From Octopus bimaculoides (taxonomy: Eukaryota), in NCBI RefSeq assembly GCF_001194135.2, contig NC_069002.1, forward strand, positions 1,591,065 through 1,655,064: a stretch of 64,000 bases of DNA, read 5' to 3'. How positions within the stretch are numbered: the first letter of the stretch is position 1; each line of letters begins with the position of its first letter. The notes below the pieces were generated by a model. The model was not told where the DNA came from, did not search any database, and saw only the letters and a program-made list of their open reading frames with translations. Positions 1-13,485 of the stretch are shown here, piece after piece. The translations under genes and the position numbers were made by a program.

Positions 1-183
1 AGTGGTGGTGGTGGTGGTGGCGGTGGTGGCGGTGGTGGTGGTGAGTGCATGTATGCGTGTATGGTTGTATGTATTTTATAAATCTAGGCATAGATAGATG
101 GATAGACAGATAGACAGATATTTTTATAACTTGCATTATTTTGGCTTTAAAAATAACTATTAATTACAATCCTTTCTACAAAC

Positions 184-389
184 GGCACGAGGCCTGAAAT
201 TCTGAGAGAGAAGTTAAGTCGATTACATCGACTCCAGTACTCACCTGGTACTTATTTTATCGACCCCGAAAAGATAAAAAGCAAAGTTGACCTTCGGTGG
301 AATTTGAACTCAAAAGGTAAAGACAGCCGAAACGCCGCTAAGAATTTTTGTCCAGCGTGCTAACGATTCTGCTAGTTCAGCGGCTTAAT
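184..389 (-). mobile_element. SINE family A (Octopus-type tRNA-derived SINE)
   Basis: Shares the core ctgagttcaaattccgccgaggtcgactttgcctttcatcctttcggggtcgataaa..gtaccag..actggggtcgat..gccttgtgcc with many other copies in the window. Confidence 0.75.
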
Positions 390-645
390 AATAATTGCAA
401 CAACAACATATATATGTACATATATATATATATGAGTTAATATGTTTGTTGTTTTATGCATGTGGATATGCATATGCGCGCGCGAGTGTGTGTGTGTGTG
501 TGTATGTGTGTGTGTGTGCGTGGGGAGAGAAAGAGAGAAAGAAAATCAGACAAACAGACAGACAGACAAATAGACTGAGATAAAATATCAGTTACATAAT
601 GAAAGTTGATCCGTTCAACTTCATAAATTTCCTCTCCACATCTGT

Positions 646-723
646 GGCCCGGTGGCCAGTCCAACAGCTCTGAGGCCCGGTGTCCAGTCCAACAGCTCTG
701 AGGCCCGGTGGCCAGTCCAACAG
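646..723. repeat. 28-bp GC-rich minisatellite, ~2.8 copies
   Basis: ggcccggtggccagtccaacagctctga at 646, 674 (one mismatch) and 702 (partial). Confidence 0.9.
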
Positions 724-3700
724 ATCATTGCTGTTGGTCTTGTTCGTATTTTGTTGATATTATTTTGGTTATTGTTGTTGTTGTTGTTGTTGCTGTTGTT
801 GTTGTTCCGAAGTCCTTTTACTAATTAACTCAAGTGTGTTGTTGTACGTGGGTGAAGGAGGAGGAAGAGTAGAAAGGAAGAGGTCGTGATGATGGGCGAG
901 GGAACAGTGGATGAGGAGACAGAGTGGCTAATGGAAGGAGGTGGTGGTGGTGGTGGTGGTGGTGGGAGGAAGTGTATGAGAAAAGGGTATTTAATAGGGG
1001 ATATGCTTGAACGGGTGGCGGAGGGGTGAAGTAGTTGCAGAGAGAGTAAGAAATGAAAGGGCTCACTTGATGGAGAGCAATNNNNNNNNNNNNNNNNNNN
1101 NNNNNNNNNNNNNNNNNNNNNNNNNNNNNNNNNNNNNNNNNNNNNNNNNNNNNNNNNNNNNNNNNNNNNNNNNNNNNNNNNNNNNNNNNNNNNNNNNNNN
1201 NNNNNNNNNNNNNNNNNNNNNNNNNNNNNNNNNNNNNNNNNNNNNNNNNNNNNNNNNNNNNNNNNNNNNNNNNNNNNNNNNNNNNNNNNNNNNNNNNNNN
1301 NNNNNNNNNNNNNNNNNNNNNNNNNNNNNNNNNNNNNNNNNNNNNNNNNNNNNNNNNNNNNNNNNNNNNNNNNNNNNNNNNNNNNNNNNNNNNNNNNNNN
1401 NNNNNNNNNNNNNNNNNNNNNNNNNNNNNNNNNNNNNNNNNNNNNNNNNNNNNNNNNNNNNNNNNNNNNNNNNNNNNNNNNNNNNNNNNNNNNNNNNNNN
1501 NNNNNNNNNNNNNNNNNNNNNNNNNNNNNNNNNNNNNNNNNNNNNNNNNNNNNNNNNNNNNNNNNNNNNNNNNNNNNNNNNNNNNNNNNNNNNNNNNNNN
1601 NNNNNNNNNNNNNNNNNNNNNNNNNNNNNNNNNNNNNNNNNNNNNNNNNNNNNNNNNNNNNNNNNNNNNNNNNNNNNNNNNNNNNNNNNNNNNNNNNNNN
1701 NNNNNNNNNNNNNNNNNNNNNNNNNNNNNNNNNNNNNNNNNNNNNNNNNNNNNNNNNNNNNNNNNNNNNNNNNNNNNNNNNNNNNNNNNNNNNNNNNNNN
1801 NNNNNNNNNNNNNNNNNNNNNNNNNNNNNNNNNNNNNNNNNNNNNNNNNNNNNNNNNNNNNNNNNNNNNNNNNNNNNNNNNNNNNNACTAAGCTAAGTAC
1901 CAGCTGAACAACGGGGTCAATGTAATTGACTGGACCCCTCCCCGCTCATCAAGATTCCAGGCCTTGTGCCAATAAAGGAAGGATGAAAGACAAAGTTTAA
2001 ATCGGTGGGATTTGAACTCAGAACGTAAAGAGCTGGAACAAAAACTCAAAGCCTTTTTTTTTTCCCGACGCTGTAACAGCAACAACCCGCACGACAACAA
2101 CAACTACTACTACTATTACTACTACTACTACTACTACTACAGCTGCTGGTGTTGCTGCTGTAATGACGTAACAAAAATGACGACGAAGACGAGGAAAGCC
2201 GCAATAATTCCAACAACAACAATAAAGAAAAACGAGCAGCTCTGACATGTGCCTCTATGTGGTCGCTCGATGTGCTAGATATGGCAACAAAATAGCCTTC
2301 AAATTCATCCCCTGCCTTTTGAAAGTTAATAAAAGAAACCAAGAAATACATACTCGGCTTAAAAATACATAGATCGATAGATAGACAAAGAGATAGATAT
2401 AAATATATGTGTGTGTGTGTGTGTTTTTGTACGTGTGTATGTGTGTGTATGTGTGTGTATATGTGTGTGCACGTGTGTGTGTGTGTGTGTATGTATGTAT
2501 CTATGCATGTATGTATACATATCACTCGAATGGGTCTATGCATTCATATACGCACTTAACACTACAACCGCAATTTCAATCAGATAAATATACCCCACCC
2601 CCAATACGTTGTCTTTCTACGTAGACATCCACTATTGTTACTAAACCACCACCACAACCCCACCGCCACCACCACTACTACCACCACCATCGCCACCACC
2701 ACTCATGCTACTACAAAAGTAGTTATGTTCTAGTCTAATTTTCTGTACGGAGGAGCGGGGCTCTGTCCCTCCGTAAGGTCTATATGAAAGATCACATCAA
2801 ACGAACCCCTTTTGTATCCCACCTGACGTACTCACTGCTCTCCTAACCACGCTGTCCACCCCGTCACCTGGGTCCCTGTCTTTGGGGGTCACCACTAATG
2901 ACATGGATCTTATCTGGGATCATTCGTCAAGACGAACCTAGACAATTAGGTAAAAAGAGAGTCCCACGTCAAACACCTGATCACATTTGTATTGTAGTGG
3001 CGTGGTGCAGTGGTGGTGGTAGTGGTGGTGGTGGTGGTGCTGCTGCTGCTGCTGCTGGTGTGTGTGTGTGTGTGTGATTGTTGCGATGGTTGTGGTAGCG
3101 AGTAGTGGTGCGTGCATGTAATGTTGGCGGTGACGGTGGTGGTTGTGGTGTGTGGTGGTGGTGGTGGTGGTGGTGGTGGTGGTTGTGGTGTGTGATGGTG
3201 GTGGTGGTGGTCGTCGTCGTCGTGGTTGTGTTAATATTGAAGTACAACAACTTTCTTACAGTTGTTGTTGTTTAACCCCGAGTCAATTCTCAGCGTGCAA
3301 ATATGATACTATATCTAGTATTAACATTCCAACCGTAACCATCCCATCGCTGCATTTTTTTTTCTTTGTTGTTTCTTTTTTCTCTAGGTCTTCATATTGG
3401 GCCTCTTTTTAAGATAGTAACGTGTGATTTGAGAGTTATCTCGCTGCTATTTCTAACAGGTCGAGCAATTATGTTTAGGCATGTCATCGCTGGAGCCATG
3501 TTGCATGTTGGCACAAATTAGCTGCCGAGTAACTAAATAGTGCAAGTCATTTTGTTTGTTGCTCCACCGATTCTGCTAACGCACAGCTCTAATGTATTAG
3601 AAAAATAAAGCCAAGCAAACTATCGAGCAAAAGTCCACGTATTTCTGTTTTGGTGTTTCATTCCATTGTCTAAAGGAGACTATTTAATTCATCGGGCAAA

Positions 3701-3975
3701 CGGGGTAGCCTCTATGCAGTCGTATAATCTGCTAGAAATACGAACCAGATCTTCCTCCAAAGTCGCAGCCTTCTGTCTTTAAAAAAAAATGCATATTTTA
3801 GATAATGTAATCCGGGAGTACACAATGCCTGAGGTAAAATAGATAATCACGGCTGGAACGCCTTAATCCTATTGGTTTCCACACCTAGGGTTATATTATA
3901 ATATCACGCTTTTGATACGTCCCCTTCTTTGTTTGACGAGGATATGCTATGGTTTGAATAGTTAAGGAGAGTTAA

Positions 3976-4193
3976 CCCTTTTGATAGGGACCCGAATGAA
4001 ACTGCCCATCGTTCTATGAAACAAACTCCGTTTTAAGTTATCTAAATTTATAATTCCATCAAAATGTCGTTATAATTTCTTATTCAAGACACTAATTTAA
4101 GAATGATAGTTATTTTATTTAGTTTTTCATTAGTTTTAAGACTAATTGAAACAAAGAGAATACATTCTAACGGAAAGATGGTAACAAAAAGGA
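3976..4193. mobile_element. Possible piggyBac-like MITE remnant
   Basis: Left end TTAA|cccttttgata; degenerate right end gtaacaaaaagga|ttag. TTAA followed by CCC is the piggyBac pattern. Confidence 0.3.
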
Positions 4194-4536
4194 TTAGGGC
4201 GCAACACTGGAACTTGTTTCATTATATCAAAAGATATCGATTACGTCTTCGATACGGTTTGGTTTGAAAATTATTGAAAAAGCGTAACGATCGAACTCAC
4301 ACAAACATCGTAAGAAGTCGAATAATGTGATGGATATTTTTGTGCCTGACATAAGGTACGAGGGTAGCAATTTTGGTTGTGTGGGTGAGAAAAAAGCAAA
4401 TTAAGTTGACTTGCTCACCCAGCCTTACACAATTATTTGGCGGCGCAACACAAACTTATTCTTGAAGGAATGATGAAAGGCAAGAAAAAAATATCAGGGA
4501 AAAAGAAGCAACCCTGGTCATGAGATTTAAGCGCAA

Positions 4537-4582
<46 letters not shown>

Positions 4583-5640
4583 TAGAGGAACATAACTAAT
4601 TAACGGCCACACCGCAGGGCATTGCATGGTGCCGTGTTCCTCTGACTCTGCGCATGTTCATTGCAATCAACCACCACCATCTTTATTCACAAGATCCCCT
4701 TCACGTACCCATTCCACCCGGTTTAATTTATTTATTAAAATGTCATTAATTATGTACGACTTTCCCTGCATTTTTTTTTTTATTTTGTCTTCTTTTTTTT
4801 TTTCTTTTATTTTTTTTTCTTGTTTGGAATGGATGTGAGGCTGGCAGGGACGTGGTCTTTTCAAAATTGCCCTCAACGCATTTTGCATCTACCCCCTTCC
4901 CCTACCCCCCACCACTACCACCAGAACAACATGTTTCTGCTGGTTATTATTATTGTCGCTTTTTATATATATATATTTTCACTTCATATTTCTATTTTTA
5001 TTTTTTTTTATTTTCATTTCTTTTTTTTTTTTCATTCTCTTAGGAAGACCGGAAGACCTTTTGCCTTATGGTGAACTAGTCAAATCTAATTGTAGTGTAA
5101 ACATGCCTCCGGCCTAAAAATCTTGTCTCTTGCAACAACAAGAGAAAGGGGGGAGAGGGGGAAAGAGAGAGAGAGAAACAACAGCAGCAACTACAACAAC
5201 AACTACAAACCGGTATAAACAAACCATCGACATTTGTTATATAAATAAATGATGGGAACTCGCTGCGATTTTGTATTGCCAAAATGCAGAGAAATATTTT
5301 AAAGAAAATGGCTTAAGGTGCATAACGATATGGTAATGTTAAATGAATTGATGGCGAAAAATAAAAAGGATAAATAAATAAATATACATATAAATATGAG
5401 AAGAAGAAAAAACAGTTTATTTCTCCGAAATCAAAAATGACCTTTATATTTATTTATTTATTGGTTTCTGCGATTATTTCGGCATCAGTGGTGAGTTTTC
5501 TTGGGTCACGGTTTTATTAAGAAAGCAAATATTATTGCGATGTTGTTATCTTTAGTATGTATGTATGTATGTATGTATGTATGGCTGTGTATGTATGTAT
5601 GTATGTATGTATGTATGGCTGTGTATACTAGGTTTAGTGC

Positions 5641-5677
<37 letters not shown>

Positions 5678-6059
5678 CAAACAGACAGACTACCAGACAA
5701 AATCACAAATAGCACCTGATTTACAAAGCACGCTGTCAAAAAGAAAAGACCTGTGTGTGTGTATGTGTGTGTGTGTGTGTGCGTGCGCGCGCGCGTATAT
5801 GTATGTATGTGTATATACATATGTACGTCTATTATCCCCGCTTAAACGTGGGTGCTGTTAGAATACAGAATGCTGTTGATTGCCATGAGAGAAACTCTTA
5901 TATTGGCTTTCGGTGCAAATACGCACTTTCGTGTATATCGTTGGCAGGGAGATAAATCACCCGCCACCGCCGACACTTCGACTACCAGGTCACGTGATTA
6001 CGGCCTTCTCTGGATTTGTCAATGGTGGAAGCTCAGACGCTAAAGATAGCAGCGATGTA

Positions 6060-6350
6060 TCTCCGCTAGTACTATAACCTAGAGCCGACCAAAGCCTTGT
6101 GATTGGATTTGGTAGACGGAAACTGAAAGAAGCCCGTCGTGGTGTGTATGTATGGACTCGTGTGTCTGTGCTTGTCTCCACCATCGCTTGACAACAGATG
6201 TTGGTGCGTTTACGTCTCGTTACTTAGCGGTTCGACCTAAGAGACCGATAGAATAAGTACTAGGCTTACAAACAATAAGCCCTGGGATCGATTTGTTCTA
6301 ATAAAGGTGGTGCTCCAGCATGGCCGCAGTCGAATGACTGAAACAAAAGG
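6060..6350 (+). mobile_element. SINE family B (central microsatellite type)
   Basis: ggatttggtagacggaaactgaaagaagcccgtcg..ccaccatcgcttgacaac..gagaccgatagaataagtactagg..ggtgctccagcatggccgcagtc. Related copies at about 24040-24460, 28240-28720, 35060-35560, 39575-39960, 48670-48960, 63290-63380 and 63840-63990. Confidence 0.75.
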
Positions 6351-6382
6351 AATATATATGTATAGATAGATAGGTAAATACA

Positions 6383-6414
<32 letters not shown>

Positions 6415-6514
6415 ATAACATATACTTATACACAAATACACGCACAGACACACAGACACACAGACACACATACACACATACTTATATGTACGCATGCAGA
6501 CATGTATACACGCA

Positions 6515-6559
<45 letters not shown>

Positions 6560-8859
6560 AAAGAGAGAGAGAGAGAGAGAGGAGAGGGAGAGAGAGAGGA
6601 GAGGGAGAGAGAGAGGAGAGGGAGAGAGAAGGAGATACGTAAATACACACATGCATATACATACATATTCATATACAGACATGCATAAGAAAACACATAT
6701 GTACACACATACATGTACACATAAATGCATACACATACATGCACTCACACTTACACACACAAACACACAAACAAAGACACAAACACACACAAACCAACAA
6801 ACAAACAAACAAGGAATGAGATTGATGCAGACAGAGGTTAATTTCCAGATTGCCGCTAAATTATACAACTGGAAGCCGTCTGCCCTCCAGCGAAACAAAG
6901 ACAAAAACAACAAAAAAACAAGGGTGCAACGGCCTAAAATATGGACATCGAGAAAGGGGAGGTAAGGCTGTCGGGTTTGTATAATGTGGCGTGGTGGCAC
7001 AGTGGTTAGGGTCGTGTAGCTGTGAGTTACTGGTGTAGCGACTGATGGTGTTATTGTTATTGGTTTGGCCAGGGTGGGATGGATTGTGGTGTAGTGGGTG
7101 GTGGGCATAGTGGCGTAGGGTTGGAGTGGTGTGGTGAGATATTCGTGGGGAGAGAGACAGGCATGCAGATGTGAATGCACGCCTCGTTCAAATATGTACA
7201 TACGAAATATGTGTCTATACACGTGTGCAGTTGTGAGTTTATGTATGTGTGTATACATCTACGTATATATGTATATATATGTGTGTGTGTGCGTGTGTGT
7301 ATGTATACATATACACACACATATATAGACCTTATATACAAGCATATATGTTATGCATATATTTATGTATGTATAAGTGTGTGGACAGACAGATAATCTA
7401 GCGAATTGGAAGAATTTTAAGGCCGTTGGACACAACGCTTTGAGACATTTGCTCTGGTTCTTTGTGCTTTGGGTTCGAATCCTGCTGACCTCAGTCTTTC
7501 CCTTCATCCTTTCTCGGCCGACAAATAAAATATCACTTCAGAAGTACTGGGGTTCTTCCCTACTACTATCTTTGCCGCTACTACCACCACCACCACCACC
7601 ACCACCACTACTACTACTACTATTACTATTACTACTACTATTACAACTACTACTACCACCACTACCATTATCTCCGTCACTGTCACCACCACTACTACCA
7701 CTACCACTACTATTACCCCCGCCACTGTCACCACCATCAGTACCACCACCACTACTACGGCTATCACTGCTGCTACTACCACCACAACTACTACCATCAC
7801 CGCAACTATTACCACCTCCACTATCACCACCACTACCACTACCACCGCCACCTCCTACAATAACACTACGCCACCTCTCCCACCCCCATTCTCTTCTTTT
7901 TTTCACAAGTCTTCGATGTTCAACTTACCCACATCTACCCCTAACATTTTCTTCGAACCAACCTCCCTCTTACCAACACCACCATCTCCTCCTCCTCCTC
8001 CTCCTCCTCTCTCAGGCTCACATCCCTCCTCGCACCCCCTACCCTCTTCATTGCCGTAAGATATTGGTAAGAATTAGATTAAAGGAGAAACGATGGGAAA
8101 GAGAAAGAAAAGAAAGGAAGAAAGACAGAAAGGAAGGAAGATGAGTGAAAGAATAGAGAGAGTGAGTGAAGAGAGAGAGTGCGAGTGAGAAGGGGAGATA
8201 AATGAGAGAGATAATAGCAAGTGCTAAGGGAGAGAATATACACCAGATGGGACGCGATGAGGTTTTTGTTTGTTTGTTTTTGTCTCGGGGCCAAACAACC
8301 GCCTAAAGACAATATGGCGGCAACGAGGGAAAGGTCAGCTGACTATCAGGTTACATACATAGAGTGCTTGTAAACTGTTGTTGTTGGTGGTGGTGGTGGT
8401 AGTGGTGGTGGTCGCGGCGATGGTGTGTTGGTTTGACCCAATTTAGCCTCTGATTCAATAGACCCTATGGGCAGTGACGCCCCTGCCGTGACCATTCCAT
8501 ATGTTTGTATAATATATTGTTTTCATTTTTCTTTTTATTCTAAATCGGATAGTATCGTCAGATTTGAGGAAGAACGGGCTGCTATTTCTAGAAATTCCAG
8601 TGGCTACGTAAAGGTTTCAACCTCGTATGTCCATACTGTGGGCAGTTTTATGCTGCTGCTGCTGCTATCGATATTGTTGTTATTGTTGCTGTCATTGAAC
8701 CTCAGCTCAACTATGAATATAAGCAAACAGACATATGACCAAAAGCGAGATCGACTTCACCCTCGTTTTTCTGCCATAGTCTACCGAGGACCGTATCATC
8801 CAGTCAACTCACTTCCTGCCTCATTCATCGCCTCTTCTTCTACTTTCCTATACCCTCCA

Positions 8860-9105
8860 CCACCCTGATTTTAAAAAAACACCTGCATATGATTTTATCT
8901 AGTTTTCGTTCAAAATGGAGACGAACACCAATGTCCCATGTTATAGTCTCGAAAATTGTTAAGAGATACACCTCTCTTAACATGAAACCAATGTGAAAGC
9001 AACGTGAAATGAAGTGTTTTTCTCAATGCGGCGCCCACTAAGGGAATCGAACCCACGATCCAGCGATAGTGAATGCAACACCCTAACCACTAGGTCACTA
9101 CTTTC
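8860..9105 (-). mobile_element. SINE with tRNA-like head
   Basis: Minus strand reads gacctagtggttagggtgttgcattcactatcgctggatcgtgggttcgattccc (Pol III A and B boxes). Similar heads at about 13090, 40230 and 46125. Not a functional tRNA cloverleaf. Confidence 0.65.
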
Positions 9106-9150
9106 ACTATGTGTGTGTGTGTGTGTGTGTGTGTGCTTGTTTGTTTATAT

Positions 9151-9207
<57 letters not shown>

Positions 9208-10789
9208 GAATGCGTGTTTTACATTATCTTATATGTTTATTAGTTTGTTGTCCTCCTGGAAAACTTCTCTAACTTCTTTTCAATTTGTGCAAGTGTCTTG
9301 TTGTTGTTGTCGTCGTCGTTGTTGCTGTTATTGTTGCTGGAGTTATGCTGTCACCTTCTTCTTCTTCTTCTTCCTCCTCCTCTTCTTCTTCTTCTTCTTC
9401 CTCCTCCTCTTCTTCTTCTTCTTCTCCTTCTTCTTATTCTTCGTCTTCTTCTTCTTCTTCTTCCCGTTTTATTGTCTNNNNNNNNNNNNNNNNNNNNNNN
9501 NNNNNNNNNNNNNNNNNNNNNNNNNNNNNNNNNNNNNNNNNNNNNNNNNNNNNNNNNNNNNNNNNNNNNNNNNNNNNNNNNNNNNNNNNNNNNNNNNNNN
9601 NNNNNNNNNNNNNNNNNNNNNNNNNNNNNNNNNNNNNNNNNNNNNNNNNNNNNNNNNNNNNNNNNNNNNNNNNNNNNNNNNNNNNNNNNNNNNNNNNNNN
9701 NNNNNNNNNNNNNNNNNNNNNNNNNNNNNNNNNNNNNNNNNNNNNNNNNNNNNNNNNNNNNNNNNNNNNNNNNNNNNNNNNNNNNNNNNNNNNNNNNNNN
9801 NNNNNNNNNNNNNNNNNNNNNNNNNNNNNNNNNNNNNNNNNNNNNNNNNNNNNNNNNNNNNNNNNNNNNNNNNNNNNNNNNNNNNNNNNNNNNNNNNNNN
9901 NNNNNNNNNNNNNNNNNNNNNNNNNNNNNNNNNNNNNNNNNNNNNNNNNNNNNNNNNNNNNNNNNNNNNNNNNNNNNNNNNNNNNNNNNNNNNNNNNNNN
10001 NNNNNNNNNNNNNNNNNNNNNNNNNNNNNNNNNNNNNNNNNNNNNNNNNNNNNNNNNNNNNNNNNNNNNNNNNNNNNNNNNNNNNNNNNNNNNNNNNNNN
10101 NNNNNNNNNNNNNNNNNNNNNNNNNNNNNNNNNNNNNNNNNNNNNNNNNNNNNNNNNNNNNNNNNNNNNNNNNNNNNNNNNNNNNNNNNNNNNNNNNNNN
10201 NNNNNNNNNNNNNNNNNNNNNNNNNNNNNNNNNNNNNNNNNNNNNNNNNNNNNNNNNNNNNNNNNNNNNNNNNNNNNNNNNNNNNNNNNNNNNNNNNNNN
10301 NNNNNNNNNNNNNNNNNNNNNNNNNNNNNNNNNNNNNNNNNNNNNNNNNNNNNNNNNNNNNNNNNNNNNNNNNNNNNNNNNNNNNNNNNNNNNNNNNNNN
10401 NNNNNNNNNNNNNNNNNNNNNNNNNNNNNNNNNGCTTATTATTATCGTAGCGGTTTTTACAACAATTTCCCTGGTCTCTGCTGATTTATCTCTTCATTAT
10501 CAATTGTATGGCCGAGCTAAAACGGTAATTAATAATTTCGCTGCCGAAAGCCACCACCACCACCACCACCACCACCGCCACTGCCACCACCGTCACCACT
10601 AACAACAACACAAACATCGCTGTTGTCACTCCTACGGCCATTCAGATCCACTGCATGGTTGCTCAATTTGCTAGCAATAGCTGCTAAATTTCGTATCTCA
10701 TTGTAATGTTTTAAAAATGAGACAAGCTGGGGGACGTAATTCTGTGTTCTGTGTACAGTATTAGAAAAAAGAAGCGGGTTGGTCATCGT

Positions 10790-10960
10790 TGGAATGTCTG
10801 AGATTGTATGAGTGGCTGCTTTAAGAGTACTGCGAGAGGCCAGGCTGCAGGCTCAGCCTTCCGAAGTCTTTTACAGGGCTTTGAAAACCTGAAGGACCGC
10901 TGCAATTAGTGTGTGAATCTGGGAGGGGAGAATGTGTTGAATAAAATCATAACTGGGGTG
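10790..10960 (+). mobile_element. Degenerate mariner 3' fragment related to the MITE at 50119
   Basis: gaaaacctgaaggaccgctgcaattagtgtgtgaatctgggaggggagaatgtgttgaataaaatcataactg aligns by eye to the reverse complement of 50170-50265. Translates as GFENLKDRCN*CVNLGGE. Confidence 0.65.
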
Positions 10961-11131
10961 TGTTCGGGGAGACTTGGGGTTAAATAACAACAGCAGGCAC
11001 TTCATAAATTGCAACAATAACAATAGCAACAACTATAGTACAAAATTATCGCAACAACAACATCGATGAAGATGACCAAATGACGAGGATGACAACAACA
11101 ACAGCAGTAACAACATCAATAATTTGTAGGG

Positions 11132-11358
11132 AAGGTGTTCAGTCGATTACATCGACCCCTGTGTCCATCTGATACTTATTTCATCGACTCCGAAAAGGAT
11201 AAAAGGTAAAGTCGACTCGGCGGGATTTGAACTCAGAAGGTAGCGACGGGCGAAATACAGTCAAGCATTTCGTCTAGCGTGCTTAGCGATTCTGCCGGCT
11301 CGCCGCCTTCAGCAACCAGGTTAACAATCCCTTCTGTTAAATGCACAAGGCCTGAAAT
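11132..11358 (-). mobile_element. SINE family A copy
   Basis: Same core in reverse orientation. Confidence 0.75.
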
Positions 11359-11733
11359 NNNNNNNNNNNNNNNNNNNNNNNNNNNNNNNNNNNNNNNNNN
11401 NNNNNNNNNNNNNNNNNNNNNNNNNNNNNNNNNNNNNNNNNNNNNNNNNNNNNNNNNNNNNNNNNNNNNNNNNNNNNNNNNNNNNNNNNNNNNNNNNNNN
11501 NNNNNNNNNNNNNNNNNNNNNNNNNNNNNNNNNNNNNNNNNNNNNNNNNNNNNNNNNNNNNNNNNNNNNNNNNNNNNNNNNNNNNNNNNNNNNNNNNNNN
11601 NNNNNNNNNNNNNNNNNNNNNNNNNNNNNNNNNNNNNNNNNNNNNNNNNNNNNNNNNNNNNNNNNNNNNNNNNNNNNNNNNNNNNNNNNNNNNNNNNNNN
11701 NNNNNNNNNNNNNNNNNNNNNNNNNNNNNNNNN

Positions 11734-11826
<93 letters not shown>

Positions 11827-13279
11827 GCAAAAGACAGACACAGAACAGACACAAGCAGTCAGACAGACAGGCGGACAGACAGACAGAGCCAGGTAGATAC
11901 CATTCCTCTGCGGAACCCAAAACTGGCTTCTTTAGCGACACACAACTTCTGTCTTCTTAACAAACTCTTATTGTTGCTGTTGTTGTTGTTGTTGCTTTTT
12001 CTTTTTTGTTTAGCAAAAGAACGTAACGGAATTGAAATCCGAATTTCCGAATGCTCTCTGGAATTCCTGTGTATATGTTATGTAGAGTTGTGTGTTGCCT
12101 GTTGTCTATTATTCTTGGTTTATGTATTAAGTATTGCGTGTCGTTCTATTTGTTTTGTGTATTTATGCATTATGCACCGTCTTGTTGTTGTTTGTGTTGT
12201 GGTGTGGGTGTGTGGGTGTGTGTGTGTGTGTGTGTGTGTATTATGTTTCGTGTATTTCTGACAATGTTTCTACATTGATTTCGAAAACATCGTTTGCATT
12301 AAGATTATTCCTTTCTTCGTCTCTTTTCATATATCTTATCACACACACACACACACACACACACACTGTAGGAGGTTTTATTACTCTTTCTTTTCCGTTT
12401 GGTTTCTTAATTAACAGAATTCTGCCGTTAAAATAAATATTGATATGAAAGAAAGATTCCCCTTCATGTCTCTCTCGTCTTAGCTCGAGCAATATAGAAA
12501 AATTTTTTCATCGTTTGTTTGTAATTTTTACGTTTTTTTTTCCCGTTATCTATCTATTCACATTACAGTCTTCTTTGCATATTTCCGCTTCCGTGTTGCA
12601 CCATACACTGACCCATCTTTGATAGTTTCCCAACTATATCAGTGATTTTATTTTATTTTATTCTGTTTAATGAAAAGGGATCGCGGATCAGCCATCCAGT
12701 GTTGTTGTCATATAATCTGAGATCTGTCCTGATCAAGCAGTTCTATGCTACACGAGTATGAAGGGTTACCTTCCTAATTAATCATATCTCCACAAACTAG
12801 TTACTTAACTTGCTTCGCTTGATATCAGACTAGTCAGTCAGCTGTTTAGTTCCCTTCTCCTCACAGTGGCTTATAATTTGGCAAACTCTTTTTCCTGACT
12901 AGACTTCAACTTTGGTCTAGCCTCGACAGAATACTTTCAACCAGTTTAAGTGCACAAACATTATTTCTTTTTTCTCTTTAATGATGGCCTTCTGTCTATT
13001 TACACATATTTTTGGACGTTACAACACAATATTTCCATCTACGTGGCTTGGGCTTTGTTTTTCTGAGGATCTGCTGTGCAATCATTATCATGCTGCATGA
13101 CCCAGTGGTTAAGGTACTAGACTCACGATCAGGAAGCCGTAGGTTCAATTTCTGGGCTGGTTGTGGACCCTTCAGCAAGGCACTTTTTTTGCGGGATGGT
13201 GAGGGGGTGGCCATTACTTCAGTCTATTCAGCAGAAATTAAGTACTAGCCGAATGTTGATTTAGCTCTTTCTCATTCTA

Positions 13280-13485
13280 ATTATCACATCGTTAGCATAC
13301 TGGACAAAATGCTTAGCGACATTTCGTCCGTTTCTACGTTTTGAATTCAAATTCCACCGAGGTCGACTTTGCCTTTCAGCCTTTCGGCGTCGATAAAATA
13401 CATACCAGTTGAGTACTGGGGATCGATGTAATCGACTTATCCCTACTCCCAAAATTGCTGACCTTGTGCCAAAATTTGAAACCAA
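13280..13485 (+). mobile_element. SINE family A copy
   Basis: ggacaaaatgcttagcgacatttcgtccg..aattcaaattccaccgaggtcgactttgcc..gaccttgtgcc. Confidence 0.78.

Larger units (their letters stand above)
1..12370. repeat. Microsatellite-dense region: (GGT)n, (GT)n, (AT)n, (TAGA)n, (TAC)n, (TTC)n, (GAAA)n, with N gaps
   Basis: Directly visible, e.g. 1-45, 2101-2140, 7560-7870, 9110-9206, 9355-9465, 11734-11825. This explains most low-complexity ORFs in the ORF track. Confidence 0.9.

Noticed and set aside
646-723. Short direct repeats (also 20186-20332 and 61224-61655) as a CRISPR array
   Set aside because: Units are contiguous with no unique spacers, there are no cas genes, and the context is eukaryotic.
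2746-2775. Hairpin TACGGAGG..CCTCCGTA
   Set aside because: An 8-bp stem is too short for a pre-miRNA or MITE and is compatible with chance.
5043-5069. Possible plus-strand 27-nt microexon after a long pyrimidine tract
   Set aside because: The donor GTGAAC is weak, poly-T tracts are common here, and no partner exons were found.
8467-8868. 133-aa plus-strand ORF with a hydrophobic stretch
   Set aside because: It is composed of a SINE fragment plus (GCT/GTT)n repeats and has no splice or homology support.
9030-9105. tRNA gene (also tRNA-like heads near 13090, 40230, 46125, 47130)
   Set aside because: A/B boxes are present but there is no complete cloverleaf, and each continues into a repeated SINE body.
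395-12492. Numerous low-complexity ORFs (poly-V/C/Y/H/T/S, or X-filled)
   Set aside because: They are translations of (GT)n, (AT)n, (GGT)n and (TTC)n microsatellites or N gaps, with no domain content or splice support.
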